NCBI RefSeq assembly: GCF_004010195.1
Contig: NC_057753.1
Span: forward strand, 7,250,130-7,314,129
Origin: Chiloscyllium plagiosum
Taxonomy: Eukaryota
Length of the DNA stretch: 64,000 nt
Reading direction: 5' to 3'
Of the stretch, positions 1-10,734 are shown piece after piece. Every line of letters starts with the position of its first letter. The stretch's first letter is position 1. A model generated the notes under the pieces. That model was given only the letters and a program-made list of their open reading frames with translations. It was not told the origin of the DNA and made no database searches. The translations under genes and the position numbers were made by a program.

Positions 1-124
1 GTTTCAAATGAGCATTCTTTGTTTTACGCCCGACTGTAATCTGTCAGCGAAACTACAGTTTTACAAGGGTTCATTGAGACCACGCTTAGAGAATCACTAG
101 TCATTTTGTTCTCACTCACTGAGA

Positions 125-500
125 GAGAGTGCACTTGCCAGAGTGGACGTGCAGTGGAGGTTCACAAGGCTGTCACAAGAGACAGCAGAATTGTTCACGA
201 GGAGAGACTGTTTTGAGTGGTCGTTTATTCAATAAAGTTTAGAAGCATGAGAGATGATCTGACTTTAACGTCTCCATTTGAACATTGCTGGACTGACCGG
301 TGCATGGAGCATCGTTCCCCTGGTTCTTTCATGAGGTGTCGAAGTCTCAAGATATGGGGAACGACTGAGATGAGGGAACATTTATTCAGTTAGTGAACAG
401 TGAACATGTGGCGTTCTCTCCTACAGCAGGCAATGACGTCCACGTCACTGAATATATCCAAGAGATAGTTATTAGTGTTTTTAGAGTCATGACTGCCTTA
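125..500 (+). mobile_element. Very old CR1 RT C-terminal fragment (paralogs near 10380-11040, 32175-32550, 56225-56900)
   Basis: Decayed VQWRFTRL and FRSMRDDL (compare VQRRFTR and FRRLRGDL). Confidence 0.55.
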
Positions 501-1937
501 GGCGATTGATGACATAGCCCCTCGGTTCAAGGATAAGTAGACATTGGCCTCCCCTCCAATACGTACAACAGTTGACTGCAAAGTATTTGAATTGGTGTAC
601 ATCCTGACATGGAACAACTTGAGTATCTGACTGACTGTGCCCAATCCTTTTGACTACGACCAGAGTCTGTCGCAGAGTTATTGTGCCGTTCGGCCCCTGT
701 GCAAAGGATCACTCTCTTGAATACAACGAAGACTGGTGAAACCTTGACAACAATCCTGCTCTGGGTTCTTGTTAAGCAGCAAGGCAAGACTGAAGTCTTA
801 CGAGTCTTTGTTTGAGGGTGCAAACACACTACGCAATGGTGGACTGGTATTTTGTATGGCAATGAACAAAGGACTCAGGGATGCAACCTTGGTCAAAGTC
901 ATGAGCTAAATGCATTTCATCCAGCACACAATGTGTTCCTTGCTGGAGCACATCATGTGCAACGTAGAATTGCACATTTATGTTGCAATTAGGTCAAAAT
1001 TTGTCGTGTCTGTTCTTGCAGTTTGCCTTATTATGAATGCTCAGGCCTATGTTCGACATTGTGGGGAATGTTTAACATTGCATGATGGGAATGAAGACTA
1101 ATTCTTGAATGAAGGATCATCAAATTAAACAGACAAAAGTTCAGAACCTGCTTTCAGGACCAGTCTGAATGTAAACAAATAGTACAAGCTTGATAAAACA
1201 TCAGTAATCTTCTTAATGACTCCTTGTACAATTTGAACTGCAGTGTTTCGCTTTAAACAAAATGTCTATACAACAGAAATAGAGTTATAGAATGATGCAA
1301 ATTCTTAATGTTAAGAAAAACTAATAAGGCAAATGTTTAGCACTACAGATGACGTACACTTCATGTAATCTGCAATTTCTCAGCATACGTGCAAATGTAT
1401 GATGTTACTCTTATTCTTTTTAAAGGTGCAATCGACTTGGAGATTACCGGGATCCTTTGGTTTCTCCTTCTGTTATGGTTTTTTTTTAGTCAGAAACACT
1501 GCATGCGGATTTGTTTAAAATAAAGACAACTTTTTCAGTTCAAGTTAGTTTTTAAAAAATCTTTCTCTGAGTGTTGAGTTTGATCGCACAGATTCCTGCT
1601 AATTTAAGTGCAATTAGATCTGGAGACATGGCGCCTTCTGCAAACGCCGTGCATGGACCGTGTCAAGAGATATTTGGATCTGGTGTTCAACTGAGTGGAT
1701 TTGCAGGGCAAGGAGCGAGCTGCGGTCACAATGTACCTTCTCCATGTTGCATTATTGACAGTTCTTCTCAGCTACCTTGCTCAACATATTAGGTAAGATA
1801 GGAAGATGAATATGTATTAGCTAAGTTGAGTTGCTAATGCACCATTTAACAACTTTAATCGGAAGGACTATGCTGTCATTTTAATAAGGCTATTTTAAAC
1901 TTGGGTTTCTTAGTTAAGAGATTTCGCAAAGGCATAG

Positions 1938-2232
1938 GTGTTCAAAGTTTGTGAGAAGATTTGTAGCTCGGGTGCTCGTTGTTGTGGTTCTGTTCGCCGA
2001 TCTGGGAATTTGTGTTGCAGACGTTTCGTCCCCTGTCTCGGTGACATCCTCAGTGCGTGGGAGGCTCCTGTGAAGCGCTTCTGTGATGTTTCCTCCGGCA
2101 TTTATAGTGAATTGTATCTGCCGCTTCCGGTTGTCAGTTCCAGCTGTCCGCTGCAGTGCCCGGTATATTGGGTCCAGGTCGATGTGCTTGTTGATCAAAT
2201 CAGTGAATGAGTACCATGCTTCTAGGAATTCT
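1938..2232 (-). mobile_element. Penelope-like (Poseidon type) 3'-end fragment
   Basis: Reverse-complement similarity to 20870-21161; encodes INKHIDLDPIY. Confidence 0.85.
2017..2056 (-). ncRNA. Minimal type I hammerhead ribozyme motif
   Basis: The minus strand reads gca-CTGAGGA-tgtcaccgagacaggggac-GAAACGTC-tgc: conserved core, stem II, palindromic ACGT stem III and gca/tgc stem I. Confidence 0.75.
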
Positions 2233-2237
2233 TTTTA

Positions 2238-3196
2238 CTCCTCTCATCATCTCGTGCACATCCATCTAGCCATTTCTCATCTTCTTCACTCCAATGAGAA
2301 AAACAGTCGCTCCATAACCTATCTTCATCAGACATGCTCTCCATCCATACAGCATTTTAGTAAATCCCCTCTGCACCTTCTCGAAAGCTTGCATATCCTT
2401 CCTATCAGGAGGCGATAAGAACTGAACACAATATTCCAGGAGTTACATAATTAGGGTTGCATAGAGCTGCAGCATAACTTCGTGGCTTTTAAACTCAGCC
2501 CCCCTGCTAATGAAATTCAACAAAACATTCGCCTTTTTATGAACCCTATCAACTTGAGTGCCAGCTTTGAGGGATCCGTGCACTTGAATCCCAAATCACT
2601 CTGTTCCCCAACACTGTCAAAACCTGCCTTCAAACCTGTAATCTGCAGTCAAATTCGAACTTCCAAAACGAATCGCTTCTCTCTTTTTCAGGTTGAATTA
2701 CACATTCCACAAATCTGACTGGCCCTGCATCCTTTCATTGTCCCGTTGTTAAATCACAAGAGGCCTCCACATTATCCACAACTCCACCAACTTTCGTTTT
2801 ACAGGTAAACTTCCTGTAATCAACACTTCCTGTTCCTGATCACAGTCATTAATGAAAATCACAAACAGGTGAAGTACCGGAACTAACAGAATTGTAATAC
2901 CCACTCCCCCAATTAAATACGTTCCCATTATGTCTGCTCCTCGCCCTCACCATGCCTATTATAATGATCAAGAAATTGTGATCGCTATCACCGAAATGCT
3001 CTCCAAATGAAACATCTGCCATCTGACCTTATTCGTTGTTAAGCACCAAATCTAAAATGACATCCCCTCCAATCGGCCCATCTCCACACTGAGTGAAGAA
3101 TCCTTCACAGACACACCTGACAGAATTTGATCCATTCAATTTATTTTCCATAAGGTTGAGCCAACCAATATTAAGGAAGTTGATAACACCCATTAC

Positions 3197-3198
<2 letters not shown>
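2238..3198 (-). mobile_element. Paralogous old CR1 fragment in unit 0
   Basis: VVMGVINF...ILDLVLNNE; colinear with 41929-42860. Confidence 0.78.

Positions 3199-3264
<66 letters not shown>
3199..3264. repeat. (CA)33 microsatellite
   Basis: Perfect dinucleotide run. Confidence 0.97.
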
Positions 3265-3266
<2 letters not shown>

Positions 3267-3661
3267 AGCTGAATTGTCAAGCAAGACACTAATCTTGTAT
3301 TGTTACCAGTCTAAATTTGAAAGCGAACCTGGTATATGTTCAGATTCCTTTGATGTTAATTCAATCTGAGACATCACTCCTACCTTCATTGTACTTTTTG
3401 TTTTAACATTGATTGACAAAGTTGTAAGTTTTTCCCTTTAAATAAATATACTATCTGTAACAAAACAAAAATAAATTATAACTTACAGAAAATAATGCAG
3501 AATAATTTGTCCCACATCAAAACTAATTAATGTACGTGAAATACTTGTTTTTGTTGCATGTACATAACCATAATCTAAGAACAATCTATTGTTTTAGAAT
3601 TAAATGACATAAAAACTCAGCTACGATGTTATGCTGTCAAAATACACACGCTGTTTTTTTA

Positions 3662-4559
3662 TTAACATATTCTGAGGATTTGTTTCCATATAGGTCTCAT
3701 CTATTCAGCAGCACTTGCCTGAATTTGTTCTGTGTTGCTGCATAAATACATGGATTAAGGAAACAACTCAGCAGCTTCAAGATATTTCCTGTTTCCGTTG
3801 CGATATATTCAGGCTTTGAGAAGTCACCTCGGTAATACTTAGGGTGTAACACTCTGGTAATGACCAAACATAGGGAATATGTCAACCAAAGCATTAGAAA
3901 ACTGGCTGACACACAGAATAATAAAATGATAGATTTCCTCTGATTCTCGCCCATTGAATTGCTATGATTCTCATTTCTGTGGCCGTGAAGTCCAATACGC
4001 CTTCTATTTGGCACGAAAATGAAGTAGACGGTTCAAGAATTGAACACGAATATTAGCAGAAAAGGAATCCAAGCAACAGAGGCGCTGTAAAACAAGACAA
4101 ACGTCATCGCAAGAGGGGAAGCTAAGAAAGTTGCTCTTGTTCTACAGCCCCACTGGACGTTTTGAACTATCTTCTCAGGCTCATATGCAAACAACACCGG
4201 AATATTCTTCAACAGGATCAGGGCTGAGACGATTATTAATAATGTGATAGCGGTTCTTTTTGTGCAATACTTTCTTTTAAACTCCTGACAGCAGATCATC
4301 ACAAATCTGTCAAATGTGAAGGATACGGTGAACCAAACAGTTAGATCGAGAGTGATGGTAGTCAGGTATACAATGAATAAGCGTACAGGTGTGTGAGACA
4401 ATAAGGAAAATGGAAAATAATAGTTCAAAATGCGATACACGACAATATTAATGATAATGGCCAATAGATCGGAAGTTGCCATAGCTACCATGTTAACCGA
4501 GATATTCTTGGAAAGACCACAGTCGCCTCGCAAGAGAATCAAAATCGCCATCGAATTCG
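3662..4559 (-). pseudogene. GPR139-like GPCR copy A exon 2, disabled
   Basis: Colinear with copy C (898 vs 899 nt). In-frame TGA at 4033-4035 (TTT in C). A 1-bp deletion near 3701 (AAT A-G ATG vs AAT ATG ATG) gives an early stop at 3697. The conserved TM3 Cys is changed (PVRLF vs PVCLF). The acceptor is intact at 4560-4561. Confidence 0.88.
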
Positions 4560-4791
4560 CTGTAAGAGAGACAGGGAGGTTCAGCACTTAAATAAAAAGG
4601 AATCGTTCATTGAGTGGTGGTGTCATTGGCTTGGCTGGCATTCATTGTCCATGTTTCATTCTCCAAAGTGAAGTTTAGAGACAAATACATTGTTAAGCAC
4701 AGGCAATTCCTTGTCAACCTAACGAGGTAAGGATGGTAGTTTACATCCATTATGAACGTTCGTGACCTATGTAAGGTGGATACCCAGTTAT

Positions 4792-5011
4792 GTATTGCAG
4801 GAAAGGCGCAGCAGGTCAGGCAGCATCCAAGGAGCAGGAGAATCGACGTTTTGGACATGAACCCTCCTTCAGGAATGAGCCTTCCTGAAGAAAGGCCCAT
4901 GCCCGAAACGTCGATTCTCCTGCTCCTTGGATGCTGCATGACCTGCTGCGTCTTTCCAGCAACACATTTTCAGCTCTGATCTCCAGCATCTCCAGTCCTC
5001 ACTTTCTCCTC
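4792..5011 (+). mobile_element. Non-autonomous palindromic Penelope-derived element in the copy A intron
   Basis: Inverted arms at ~4797-4875 and ~4882-4960. Imperfect 14-bp TSD GGATACC(CA/TG)GTTAT at 4778-4791 and 5012-5025. The site is empty in copy C (~49591). Similar to the Neptune 3' end at 61750-61875. Confidence 0.85.
4882..4916 (+). ncRNA. Minimal hammerhead ribozyme motif
   Basis: ttc-CTGAAGA-aaggcccatgccc-GAAACGTC-gat. The mirror copy at 4841-4875 has core mutations. Confidence 0.65.
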
Positions 5012-5829
5012 GGATACCTGGTTATCATTGGATTATGATGTGCAGATGTCAGTTTCGACTAGGGTGAACGAAATTAAAAAGCACCCTTCACCAGCTTTGT
5101 TACAACAGATTTATTTGGAAATACAAGCCTTCAGATCTCTGATCCTTCGTCACGTACATCGTGAAGTAGGATCATAGGTGAAATAATCGATCACGAATTA
5201 TCAAAATGTCATACTCTGATGTGTCATATTGAGCAAACCCAGATTGCTGTCTTTCATCTTTGAGAAAAGGTTACCGTTTTCGATTCATCAAAAAGTCAAC
5301 GCCAGGACTTTTTTCAAGTGACATTCCCGAGTTAACTTAGGGTGTTCACAAAAAAGTGACACCTCAGCTTAGACAATGCATAAATGGTGTGAGGCTGGAG
5401 TCCCTCCGTTTTCCAACCTTGTATCTGAATAGTTCTATTCTCAAAGTGTAAATTCATAAAAAGTTCCATGGATTATCAAAAACGAAATGGCTGCCTACAG
5501 ATTACGTGCTCTTTGAATAGAACAGAATGTATCTACAAATACAATTCTGCAAATGCAAATTAACCCAATAGGTTTATATGTGCGTGTGTGAGCATTGCAT
5601 TAATTCAATAAAATTTCTCAAGTTCAGAATCCAGCGTTGACTGTGGCGGGATGCGGAAACAACAGTCCAGCACATCATCTGGGTGTGTGCATTAATAGTC
5701 CAGCGACTATATCACTACTACATCCCACACCTCACTTTTATATCAGTGTTCCAATGCATGATTGAAATAAGTGTGAAGATACATATTATCAACATTTCAA
5801 CATAAGCCATTAATTCGTGGCATCATTAC

Positions 5830-6150
5830 AGGGTAGTTCAGACCATTCTGTCCAACAACTGCACACAGACGCTGCAAAGAGCAGCCCAACCAGACCCGTG
5901 ACCCGAATCAGGTTATCCCTGGATTACTGATGGCTGATGCACCGACTTTACACGTCCTGTCCACGATGGGCAATTTATAATGGCCAATCCACCTAACATT
6001 CACGGTTTTCAACGGTGGGTGGCAACCAGGTCCAGTGGCTGAAGCTCACAAAAACACGGGGATAACGTACAAACTACATGCAGACTGTCTCCAGAGAATG
6101 GAATCGTTCTCAGTTCCCTGATGCTGTGAGGCAGCAGTGCGAACCACTTA
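5830..6150 (-). mobile_element. Old SINE in the GPCR intron, predating the array (paralogs at ~27840-28135 and ~50410-50735)
   Basis: Decayed gggcaattta...gccaatccacctaac and gctgtgaggcagcagtgc motifs at the same intron position in all three units. Confidence 0.7.
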
Positions 6151-6447
6151 CCTACTGAGACTTTATTGTGCCAGTAACATCGGTATTCTATCCACTGTAG
6201 TCTGATAGTGTAAGGATTAAGGAAAATGAAAATTGCAAACGTCAGTTATATTACGTTATTATTCTTTCAGCAGTGATATTTTGAGAAAGTAGGAAGAGGT
6301 GAAAGTGTCCACAAACAATTGTTGATTTTGCTTTTGGTAACATTGTGTTATAAAACATTGGCATTGGCAATTAGTTATTTTCTCAGTAGGGCATTAACAA
6401 TGCAAGAAAACCATTTACACAAAAACAAAAAGACTAGAATGATTTAC

Positions 6448-6517
6448 CTGGAATGCAAATGACTGCTAGAATCGGATAACATACTTCTTTCATGAACAAA
6501 ATCCATGGTTTAACCAT
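6448..6517 (-). pseudogene. Copy A exon 1 (MVKPWILFMKEVCYPILAVICIP)
   Basis: ATG at 6517-6515, 70 nt, donor CCAG|GTAAAT; near-identical to 51033-51102. Confidence 0.85.
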
Positions 6518-7004
6518 GTTCAACAATCAATGACTTCTGCCAGTGCAAAATATCTGTGGTTGGTGCATAACCAGGATGCTTGCATTTATGAATGCTTCAG
6601 GTCTCCAGACAGTCATTCATGTGATATCATCACTCACGTTAGTTTGAATGAATTCGACAAACGTTTTTCTTTGGAGATATTTTCTGTTAAGTTGTCTGTT
6701 CCCTGCTCAAACTGTGAGTTCAGTCAAATGTTTTATTTTACTGACCTACCGATTTTCAGTTATCTGCGATTCAATGCTTCACTTTTCTAATTTTTTCGTT
6801 CCCTATAGTTTCAGTGTTGTTCACATAAGCATTCGACAAACTTTGATGTTAGCTGTAACGGGGTCCATCTGAAACGACCCACTTCACTGTCCTTTCAATT
6901 CCAAGTGCTTCACTTCTCCCAAGAGCATTTTGTGCGACATAACATTCAATATCGTTCGAAACCTCATTGGCATGACATGAACAAGACTTCTGATATCCAT
7001 GTCT

Positions 7005-8129
7005 GCAACTCCATACAGAACAAAAGAAGTTTGTTATGCCAATCAAACCCCGACTCGTACAATTTTGTTTTACTCCTCGGATTTTCTGCTGTGAATCCCG
7101 AAAGTGGACCCCATTCCACATGACCAGAAGTAAAATGAACAGGAATCGGCTCTTCGTTCCCTCGAGTCTGCTCTTTCATTCAATAGGATCACGGCTGATC
7201 CAAAATTCATTGCACTGGCCTTCCCCCCTTATGCCTTGATTCCAGGGCAGTTTGAAAAGTGTAGTTGGTTACAGTGTTGGGAACAGTCTGCGTGAAAGAA
7301 TAGAAACCAATGTCTCCTGCAATGTTACAAAAAACAACATAAGACCACAGCTACAGTTCTGGAAGCTTTTGAAACAATCAAATTGCAACTGAAAGGGTTC
7401 AGAAAAGTTTAACCACCATATTTTCTAGTTTATAGGGTTATATTTATGTGAATAAATTGGGAGACGGATTTTCTTTCCTTGGAGCAGGAAAGATTCAGGG
7501 GATGTATAAAGCGTAAAGAAGTATTTAAAAAATGAGAAACATAGCTAGCGAAGGCAGGAAAAAAAAGTTCCTTTTGGTGAAGGGATCCGTTACAGGGCGG
7601 GGAGAATGGACAGAAAGCAAGAAACAGCAGGGTTCAAGGAAATGTGATGGAATAGAATCAGTGAAATGATAGTGGGAACCGAGCTGTCACTATCACTGTG
7701 TGTAGAAAAGATAGACACACTTCTAACAGTGAAGAAGTATTTTAAAGTGCACTGGATATATCAAGGCATACAAGGGTTATATCAAACCATGATATGTTGT
7801 TTTTTGTAACATTGCAGGAGACATTGGTTTCTATTCTTTCACGCAGACTGTTCCCAACACTGTAACCAACTACACTTTTCAAACTGCCCTGGAATCAAGG
7901 CATAAGGGGGGAAGGCCAGTGCAATGAATTTTGGATCAGCCGTGATCCTATTGAATGAAAGAGCAGACTCGAGGGAACGAAGATCCGATTCCTGTTCAAT
8001 TTACTTCTGGTCATATGGAATGGGGTCCACTTTCGGGATTCACAGCAGAAAATCCGAGGAGTAAAACAAAATTGTTCGAGTCGGGGTTTGATTGGCATAA
8101 CAAACTTCTTTTGTTCTGTATGGAGTTGC
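7005..8129. repeat. 337-bp inverted duplication (arms 7005-7341 and 7793-8129, 451-bp spacer)
   Basis: The arms are reverse complements with ~4 mismatches. The second arm is absent from units B and C. Confidence 0.93.
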
Positions 8130-8408
8130 CTGACATTCATATGATGATTGCAATCAGATACAGAATCATGAAGAGAATGCAGAATTCCTCCAGTTATTTC
8201 ATCGAGAGATTTAGAAACGAAATGCTGTTCAGATAATCTTAAGAAAGTTGTTTTTTTTTCCTTAACTTGATTATCAGTTCAATCTTTCCGTATTCCGTTT
8301 TCTAACAGCTTATCTAATTGCAAAAGAATCTTAACGAACGCAGAAATTGTCAGAATTCATTAGGTATTTCCAACGAAAAGCTGCCTAATGCTGAACACCA
8401 TTTTTCAA

Positions 8409-8617
8409 AGTTAAAAATCACACAACATCAGTTACATCACACTGCAAATTTTTGCGATAAATTCTGTGTTACGATCGAGCTCTCCACAAACATCTGATGA
8501 AGGAGCGTCACTCCGAAAGCGAGTGTGCTTCCAATTAAACCTGTTGGACTATAACCTGGTGTTGTTTGATTTTTAACTTTGTACGGCCCAGTCCAACGCC
8601 GGCATCTCCGAATCATG
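8409..8617 (+). mobile_element. Short non-autonomous Penelope-derived element
   Basis: Perfect 12-bp TSD ACCATTTTTCAA at 8397-8408 and 8618-8629. The leading ~24 nt is an inverted copy of 8556-8580. The site is empty in copy C (~52715). Contains CTGATGA...GAAA. Confidence 0.82.
8491..8525 (+). ncRNA. Hammerhead-like motif, cleavage triplet probably mutated
   Basis: cat-CTGATGA-aggagcgtcactcc-GAAAGCGA-gtg. Stem II is ggag/ctcc; the expected U of NUH is G here. Confidence 0.55.
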
Positions 8618-10451
8618 ACCATTTTTCAACCACTCGACTGCATTTTCAAGGATTCTGGTGAGTTTAATTTTCTTCTGGACCTTGAGGCAGTACGTTGTTG
8701 CGATGCTATTTGGTGATTACAGCTTCAACTTATTCCTATATTCACTTCTGTGCTAAACTATGAAGGTAGTGTTGAAGGATGAAAATTATAGGAAAAAAAC
8801 TGAATCATTTTGGTTAGGAGTACTCCGATTGATAATAACTTCGGAAAATGTTGTGCACAATCCTGGTGTAGGATTTGTTGAGCAGACGGAGGGATGTCCT
8901 GGGCAATGAAATTGAAGAGCTTGGGAGACAAGTCGGAACATCTCAGCGATAATGTACCACATTATCCTGTGCACTGTGCCCTCCACAACCTACTGGACAA
9001 AAGAGGAATATGAAGTATGTGGAACAGCTTCTGGAGTCAAAGGTGTCCTCTGATGAGTAAGTAAAGAGGTAACAATAATGGGCCAGGGAATAATTCTCGC
9101 TTAAGGACAAAACTGGTTGAGAAATGATTCAAGATAGATACCCCTCAACGAACTTAATTTGAAGATAACCTTGTGTGGCTGAGTTACCTGGAAAGTACTT
9201 GCTTTTGTCTGTTTCCTTCGGGAATCCACCTCGTTGGAGTATATCTTGTGAATTGCGAATCATTTTCATCTGGAATTGTTTTGGACAAAGAGGACGATAT
9301 TTTGCGAAACATTGTGATCTTGAGATCACTTTAAACCAACAAATGCATGACAAACTGAATATTTTCTGCTGGTTGTTCCAGATTACATTGATTCTACCTG
9401 GTGGATATCTACAAGTGGGGTATCTAGGCAGAAGCAAGATTTGGGGCATTTGCTCCTGATAAAGTAATTTTCTGCTCATAATATGTTCCTGCCGGCCAGA
9501 ATCCCCTTTCAAGAAATTTTGTAGAACGACATTATGTTTGCCTAAATTAACAGATTTAAAATGCCTTTTTTGTTGTTTTAATGTAGGTTTTTGCCATTTA
9601 ATACATTCTCCTGTTTACACATGCATTATCAAGCTGTTTTTTGGGATAGCGTCAATTCACTCAGTTGGTTAGATGCGTTGCTTGCAATGCACATTGACAA
9701 CAACAGAGTAGATTAGCACACAGGTGACGTTAGCATGAAAACCTCTTCTTTCTAACCTCTCTCGACGTCTGAAGTGTTCTGAATCTCAGGGTAAACCCAC
9801 CACTAGTCACCTCTCTCTCTCATTGGAGAACATGATGTTACGATCAACTGTTTCATTTCCAGTGGTTTGGAACCATTAATTGTTGAGTGAAGTAAAGTAT
9901 TCGAGTGTTGAGGCAAGTATTCCCTTGCATCAGAAAGTAGCAAATGCTGAAAGTACAAAACAGTTCAGAGAGCATATGTGCAGCAAGTGAAATTTAGTTT
10001 GGAATATTGTCGACTGATCGAGTTGGATCCTTGTGTCTGTTTCTATGCTATATGACTCTATCACGCTTTATATTAAGAGATAAATCAGTCAAGGTATATT
10101 CAGTAATTACATGACATTAATGGGGCTGTGCTTGATATACAGCTCAAGAGAGGAATGCTTGCATTCTATCCCATTTCTGTTAAACAAAACGTGAAGTCTC
10201 AGGAGTTCATCTGGTTATACCTCCAATTGCTGTTGCCGTAAACCATTAAAGGGAAAGTTTCAACTGGGAATTGTTAGTTTTCGGTCTTGCTGTTATTTGT
10301 AAACGAAACTGCAATTTTAAAAGTGCTCTGTGATACCACGCTTAGACTATCACGAGTGGTTTTAATCTCACTCGCTGAGATAGAATAAATTTGCCAGAGT
10401 GGAAGTTCACAAAACTGTCACGAGAGACAGCAGAACTGTCCTCGAGGAGAG

Positions 10452-10734
10452 ATTAGATTACTTCCAGTATAGAAACAGGCCCTTCGGTCCAACAACTCCA
10501 CACCGACCCGCCAAATTGCAACACACACAGGCCCATTCTCCTACGTTTACCCCTTCACCTAACACTACGGGCAATTTAGCATGGCCAATTCACCTAACCT
10601 GCACATTTTTGGATTGTGGGAGTCTCGGGGAGAATGTGCAAATTCCACACAGAGGATCGCCTGAGGCAGGAATTGAACGCGGGTCTCTGGCGCTGTGAGG
10701 CAGCGGTTCTAACCACTGTGCCACCGTGCCGCCC
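10452..10734 (-). mobile_element. HE1-like tRNA-derived SINE (shared with unit C)
   Basis: Minus-strand head GGCGGCACGGTGGCACAGTGGTTAG with A and B boxes (GTTCAATTCC); (TCTAA)-type tail. Confidence 0.88.

Larger units (their letters stand above)
1..3198. repeat. Internally deleted remnant of a preceding unit (unit 0)
   Basis: 1-1935 matches 10257-12350, 32054-33720 and 56105-58700. 2238-3198 matches 41929-42860. Confidence 0.8.

Noticed and set aside
1750..1800. Possible plus-strand micro-exon (tgacag...ttag|gtaaga; also ~58470-58515)
   Set aside because: Splice-like signals only; the donor is deleted in unit A, the whole segment is absent from B, and there is no partner exon.
3029..3289. 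VCVCVC-containing ORF
   Set aside because: It is a translation of the CA microsatellite plus a CR1 fragment.
4560..4587. N-terminal MLNLPVSLT of the 184-aa ORF as a real start
   Set aside because: It is read-through into the intron's polypyrimidine tract; the AG acceptor is at 4560-4561.
6530..9512. Short ORFs recurring in each unit (for example 6905, 9175, 51497, 53271) as conserved genes
   Set aside because: The recurrence is explained by segmental duplication; frames and stops are not preserved between copies.
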